Below, in pieces: positions 56,908 to 63,358 of a stretch of DNA of 63,358 nt (positions are counted from its first letter, which is position 1; every line of letters begins with the position of its first letter). A program made the translations under genes and the position numbers. Origin of the DNA: Proteromonas lacertae (taxonomy: Eukaryota); contig NGBS01001161.1 of the NCBI GenBank assembly GCA_002245135.1, forward strand, positions 496,001 to 559,358, given 5' to 3'. The notes under the pieces are model-generated. The model searched no databases. It worked only from the letters and a program-made list of their open reading frames with translations, and was not told the origin of the DNA.

Positions 56908-58104
56908 TCTTTTCAGAGAGTAAGTTCAATCGAACAAAAGAATTGTTAACAGATCTTTATCGAATAAAATGTTTGGCTATATCCAAAAATGCAATATACC
57001 CATAATTGAAGTGTTATATAATACAAAATAGCAAAGATAACATAAATTATAGATGAAAATGTGTTATATGAAGTTAAAGCAATGATAAATAATGTTATTT
57101 GTTGATAAATAGTATATTGAATGTGTTATTTAAAGTCAATCACTTATCTTCGCCAAAAGAAATGAAGATTTATAACTATTGTGGGTATATTTACATCATA
57201 AGTGCATTAAGACACTATACAAGAGACTATGAAATGACAATTCTGTTTGTTACTTCAAGAGAAAAGAGTGAGATTTATCAACTCTTGTTAAAGAAGCGAG
57301 ATATGAAATCAGTATATTCTACATGATTTATGTAATATGAAATAGTGTAACAGACTGATTTTGAAAAGCAATAGTGTAATTTTAGTAAAGAATATGAAAT
57401 TATTGAAAAGTATGAGAAATAGAATATGTTACTATGGTTATGATGAAGAATATTATGAGGTATTTAATGATGGAAAAGTGAAAGAATTCAAAAAGAAAGT
57501 AATAAATTGGAAGATATTTAGTTCAATTACGAAAATACTATATCGAATGAATGAAAATCATTTAATGATTGAAGATGAAGTATTAGATTCAAGTGTAGGA
57601 ACATTACCATTGTATATATAACAATATTAAAGATATATAATGAATTAGATTGAAATTATTATTACTATCAAATCGAGTAAAGAATCAGAATAATGCAAAG
57701 ACGAAGAAAATGAAAGAGAATTTGTTGAAAGAAATAAATCGAATAAAGAGAGAGAATAAATCTTCATGTATTGAAGAAGAAGAAGATGATGATGATGATG
57801 AAGAAGAGTTAATGGAGTTTCCAGAATTAGAAGAAGATGAAAATAATAATGAGGTAAAAGAAAAAGTAAGTGAAGAAAGAGATAAAGAAATGGAAGAGAG
57901 ATGGGAAATTCGAAGTGAAAGTACAATTCATAATAATAGTAATAATGAAAGTAAAAACAAAATATATGAGTTCTTCAATATTCAGAATGAGATGAATAGT
58001 AAATATCCCCCTTTGACTGAGGCATTATTGAAATTTCACAATACTAAGATGATAAAAGTATAAAATTAAGTAAAACTGTGAGTTTATTTGATTGTTTTGT
58101 TTGT
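56290..58104 (+). repeat. Left arm of a >=1.8 kb inverted duplication (partner 61544-63358)
   Basis: Reverse complement of 61544-63358 matches apart from scattered 1-nt indels. Confidence 0.95.
57099..58063 (+). CDS. Hypothetical multi-exon protein with acidic C-terminus (5' part possibly degenerate)
   Basis: ORFs 57099-57326, 57361-57621 and 57650-58063 are separated by intron-like gaps; E/D tract. Confidence 0.45.
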
Positions 58105-58909
58105 GTGTGTATTAAAGAATAAGTCATAGATTATGGAAATTATAGATCTTTCAAAATATTATGAACATTACTACATTTATCAAACCTGCGGGTATATTTG
58201 TCATTGTTTTATTCAATTATCATTTTTATTATCATCATCTTTGAAATCATGGTAATAAGAAAGTTTGTTTAGTTAAACATGAAGGTAATGTATTGATTAG
58301 AAAAGAAATGATCTCAACATCTAATTCAGAAAGGTAAATTAAAATTTAAAAAACTAAGAGATCTAAATATAGTAATACTAAACGACAGTGTAATTGAGAA
58401 AGATATGTGTTATATTTACACAGATTATTTCATAAATGGTGATTTACACAGAGAAGTATATATGATTATTTTAATATATAGAAAATATTCAGTTATATAA
58501 AGGATTTGGTAGGAGTATTAGAATGTGATATTATTATTATTATCTATTTATTCTAATGTGAATCAATAGAATATAGAATCATTTATAAGTTGAGAAAATA
58601 AGAAAGATTAGATTTTTGCTATACATACTACCATTTTCGATCTTTTGCATTATATTTAATCTATTAATCAACCATTGTACTACAATGTATTCAAATACCA
58701 TCATAAGCACTTTTCTTTTCAGATTCTAAATATCTAATCTGATAATGATACTTTGAATAAGGTAAATGATGCTTATGACATATACTGAGGATATGCTAGA
58801 AAATGAGTTGCAGCTTTGGACAATAGTTCTTGAAAATTGTAATTTTATTTTAGAATTCTTAAAACGGATTAATTTTTAGTAATCTCAATCAAAATATCAT
58901 CATATTGAC

Positions 58910-59971
58910 ATGAATTGTTGTTTAAGAGTAATATATTAAGTTTATTTTATTTTTATGTAGGCATTTGAAACTGAAGCATGGGTTAAAGGATGTACTGCAA
59001 TTGTTACAGGATCAAATTGTGGTTTAGGTAAGGAGACGGCAAGAGAATTACTTAAAAAAGGTGTACATGTAGTAATGGCATGTAGAAATACTGAAAGGTA
59101 ATTCTTTATTTATTATAGTAGAGCAAAATCTGCTTTAGAAGAGCTTAGAAAGGATATAAATGAAAATAATGGTTCAATTGATGCATTACAATTAGATTTA
59201 TCTTCTTTCAAATCTGTTAGAAGCTTTGTAGATACATTTATGAAGAAATATAATTCATTAGATATATTGGTGAATAATGCAGGTTTAGATAAATCTACAA
59301 ATATGACAGAAGATAGAAATGCTGAAGTATTTCAAGTGAACTATCTGGTATTGCTAAATATTTATAATGATAGAGTCATTTTCTATTAACTCATTTATTA
59401 TTACCACTTTTAGAGAAATCTAAGAATGCTAGGATAGTAAACCTATCTTCAGTTATGCATAGACATGCTAAAGGTGAATATATAACCGCTTGTAATGGTA
59501 ATCATCCTCATATATACAGTGAATCGAAATTAGCAATGGTATAAATGAATTGTTAATTATTATATTAATAAACAGGCTTTATTCTCTTTCGAATTACAGC
59601 GTAGACTACGATTGAAAGGTAATAATAATATAAAAGTAGTAGCTGTCAATCCAGGTGCTGTTGGATCAAATATATGGAGAAATTGGTCTTTGATATACAA
59701 AACAATAGTGAATTATATGTTTTTAACACCAAAACAAGGATGTATTAGTTCAGTTTATGCAGCTACCAGTGATGAAATTAATGGTGGGGAATATATCAGT
59801 GTTTATATGTCAATAGTTCCAGGCAGTGAGACAATTGAGAAATTATCAGATACTTTTGGTATTTATTGTGGATATTGCAAAATGAACCCTTCTAGTTTAT
59901 GTACTAATAAATTGGAGAATGAATTATGGGATTGGACTTTAAAGAAGCTAGATATAAGTTCGGAATTATAA
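58910..59971 (+). CDS. Short-chain dehydrogenase/reductase, diverged paralog of 55850-56907
   Basis: MNCC start, 'IVTGSNCGLG', 'LVNNAG', YSESK, 'VNPG'; same intron positions as the paralog. Confidence 0.9.
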
Positions 59972-60127
59972 ATTATGTTATTATTTTTCATTTTGTATAT
60001 TAATTGTTTTTTGTATATTGTTCCAGTAATTAAATCGATAAAAATACAATACTTGTTGAGCTATAGAGAATGTTCAAATTTTGAAACGGATTAAAATTCT
60101 TTATTATTTGTTTTTCTTTATTTTCGA

Positions 60128-61332
60128 ATGACTCAAATATCAGTTGGTGTCGAATGTATTAAAACTTATAGTGCTAGATCATTTTGCCAATATTTTTATA
60201 TTTTTCTTCAATTGTATTACCTACCAAAATATATTGAGTAGTGTTGTTCGTTTATTATTCTTCCACAGTATTTAGATTTAAAAGATAAGAATGAAAACTT
60301 TGGTTATTCACTGTTTTCTGATTTAGATAGAATTGCGACTATTGTGTATATATGCTATGTAATAATGCTTGCATTATTTAATGCAACTGTAGCATCTCAT
60401 TTAACAGAAACAAAAGATTGTTGCCTAAATGCAAATTCGTATTATTTAAGATTATTATTTTTATTAGAATACTATCCACTCTTTTTATTGGTCTTCCGTT
60501 AATTATTGGATTAAACCAATATGATAACGAAAATATTGAAATACAGTGAAATTGTGTTGTTTTAGGTAATGCTACTTTATCTAATCAAGTATTTAGATAT
60601 AATTATATTAATAATGAATAGTGTGAAGCATTTATAAAAGAAATTAATTGTGACAATCCGTTTAAAGAATTTGATTATTATTATAATATAACAACTGGTA
60701 AATATCTATTAAATTCTTTAGTGTTTTGTATTTTGGCATGCGTTTCTACAAGTAGGATTTTTTTTTATCTACTCAGACAATGATCAGAACAAAACAAGAA
60801 TCAAAGCATGAGTTGGTGAATTACTCTAAAATACTTTTACCAATAAGTAATACATCATTAAAGTATTTAAGGAAATTAGAATATATTAGAATGATTGATT
60901 TTATTGTTTTAAATATATGTCCAATTATTCCATTAATTGTATGTATTGTGTTATTGAAGAAAAGAGGAAGAATAGAATATGATTTCATTTCACAGAAATA
61001 TGTTATAATTTTCATAGTAGTATCAATTTTTTTCATTGTAGTTAATATGATGATATGTTTTACACATCGATTGATATTTAGATTGAAAGATAATTGTTAT
61101 TGTCATACAATAATATGGATATGTTTTTTTATTTGTGTTATTTACATTCTATTTATTATATTTAAGTGATGGATTAGTAGGAAATGTTACTAAATCATAT
61201 GAATATTGTTGTTCTTCTGAAAATAATGTATATATTATATTTTTTATATATTATTTGTAGTGTGAAAATATAAAACAACTGACTATTACTGTAAATCAGA
61301 AAAAGTATTCAAGGAATATTGTAGAAATATAA
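60128..61332 (+). CDS. Hypothetical multi-pass membrane protein; exon structure uncertain
   Basis: Several hydrophobic segments (ORF 60780-61169 and upstream exons) with short introns. Confidence 0.5.
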
Positions 61333-61543
61333 TAAAGGTGTATTACATGCTATGTTTCGTATTTTTAGTAGTGTATTTTCTTCCATACGTATTATCATCA
61401 ATGTTATTTATTATTACTAGATAATATATGTATTTGTATGTTTGAATATAGTGAGATTGAAAGGTGAAATATCTCCTTCTAAATATTCAGATTAACTTAA
61501 CTTTAATAATAATTATTTATTCATTTTCCTTATTATTGTATTA

Positions 61544-63358
61544 ACAAACAAAACAATCAAATAAACTCACAGTTTTACTTAATTTTTATACTTTTATCAT
61601 CTTAGTATTGTGAAATTTCAATAATGCCTCAGTCAAAGGGGGATATTTACTATTCATCTCATTCTGATATTGAAGAACTCATATATTTTGTTTTTACTTT
61701 CATTATTACTATTATTATGAATTGTACTTTCACTTCGAATTTCCCATCTCTCTTCCATTTCTTTATCTCTTTCTTCACTTACTTTTTCTTTTACCTCATT
61801 ATTATTTTCATCTTCTTCTAATTCTGGAAACTCCATTAACTCTTCTTCATCATCATCATCATCTTCTTCTTCTTCAATACATGAAGATTTTATTCTCTCT
61901 CTTTAATTCGATTTATTTCTTTCAACAAATTCTCTTTCATTTTCTTCGTCTTTGCATTATTCTGATTCTTTACTCGATTTGATAGTAATAATAATTTCAA
62001 TCTAATTCATTATATATTTTAATATTGTTATATATACAATGGTAAATGTTCCTACACTTGAATCTAATACTTCATCTTCAAATCATTAAATGATTTTCAT
62101 TCATTCGATATAGTATTTTCGTAATTGAACTAAAATATCTTCCAATTTATTACTTTCTTTTTTGAATTCTTTCACTTTTCCATCATTAAATACCTCATAA
62201 TATTCTTCATCATAACCATAGTACATATTCTATTTCTCATACTTTTCATAAATTTCATATTCTTTACTAAAATTAACACTATTGCTTTTCAAAATCAGTC
62301 TGTTACACTATTTCATATTACATAAATCATGTAGAATATACTGATTTCATATCTCGCTTCTTAACAAGAGTTGATAAATCTCACTCTTTTCTTGAAGTAA
62401 CAAACAGAATTGTCATTTCATAGTCTCTTGTATAGTGTCTTAATGCACTTATGATGTAAATATACCCACAATAGTTATAAATCTTCATTTCTTTTGGCGA
62501 AGATAAGTGATTGACTTTAAATAACACATTCAATATACTATTTATCAACAAATAACATTATTTATCATTGCTTTAACTTCATATAACACATTTTCATCTA
62601 TAATTTATGTTATCTTTGCTATTTTGTATTATATAACACTTCAATTATGGGTATATTGCATTTTTGGATATAGCCAAACATTTTATTCGATAAAGATCTG
62701 TTAACAATTCTTTTGTTCGATTGAACTTACTCTCTGAAAAGAATGAATTGTTGTGTGAAAGTATATTTTATTATTGTTAGTTATAGAAATATGATGTTGA
62801 ACCATGGATAGAAGGAGCAAGAGCAGTGATAACAGGAGGTAATTCAGGAATTGGTAAAGAAACTGCTAAGAAGTTAATCCAATTAGGTGTGAATGTGATA
62901 ATTGCATGCAGGAACATGGAAAAGTATAAATATATAACACATACTATACTGATAGAGCTGAAGAAGTAGTGAGTGAATTAAAGAAAGAGATCAACGAAAG
63001 AATGGTTCAATCTGTGCAATGAAGATTGATCTGAACAGTTTAAAAGTGTGAGAGAGTTTGTGAAAAGTTATGAATCAAAATATGATAGTTTAGAAATCTT
63101 GATAAACAATGCAGGTTCTACAACATCTGGTACAATGACTGAAGATGGATTTGAAACAGCTTTCCAATCTAACTATATGGTATAATTATAGATGATAATA
63201 ATAAAATGTTTTAGTCTCATTTTCTATTGACATATTTACTTCTTCCGACAATAAAGAAGTCAAAGAATGGTCGAATAATCAATTTCTCATCTGTAATTCA
63301 TCGTTTAGGAAGTGGTAATTTCAAAGAATCTGCGAATGGAACATATGCTGCAAGTTAT
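61544..63358 (-). repeat. Right arm of the inverted duplication, running off the window end
   Basis: Reverse-complement copy of 56290-58104 with 1-nt indels, many in homopolymers. Confidence 0.95.
62743..63358 (+). CDS. Partial duplicate copy of the SDR gene at 55850-56907 (indels; truncated by the window end)
   Basis: MNCCVK|KYDVEPWIEGARAVITGGNSGIG identical to the left copy; 1-nt deletions at ~62998 and ~63040. Confidence 0.7.

Overview
A gene-dense, very AT-rich eukaryotic (protist) nuclear segment, not prokaryotic DNA. Genes are split by many tiny (~28-40 nt) GT-AG introns (5' consensus GTATAT), intergenic gaps are often <250 bp, and GT-rich elements follow stop codons. A tubular-mastigoneme-type EGF protein, the tiny introns and a U12-type intron suggest a Blastocystis/opalozoan-like stramenopile (inference only). 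Housekeeping genes: CDC48, TyrRS, VPS29, MCM6, RPN2, dynamitin, an HMG-box protein, SF3B4, a head-to-head alpha/beta-tubulin pair, tRNA-Leu(AAG). Also present: surface/secreted proteins, a ~6 kb decayed region (19.5-25.1 kb), and an SDR cluster inside a >=1.8 kb inverted duplication that runs off the right end. Most notable: (1) two tandem paralogs fusing a CBA1-like/bacterial periplasmic-binding-protein domain to a thrombospondin-1 repeat, a TM helix and a conserved tail, a candidate cell-surface B12/iron-chelate receptor system; (2) a 57-nt AT-AC minor-spliceosome intron in TEX9; (3) a mirror-symmetric bidirectional tubulin promoter; (4) an opisthokont-type TyrRS with an EMAPII domain; (5) an intron splitting the RPN2 start codon. 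Single-base indels in beta-tubulin, Rsm22 and the right-hand repeat copy look like assembly errors. All family calls come from motif recognition by eye; no searches were run.
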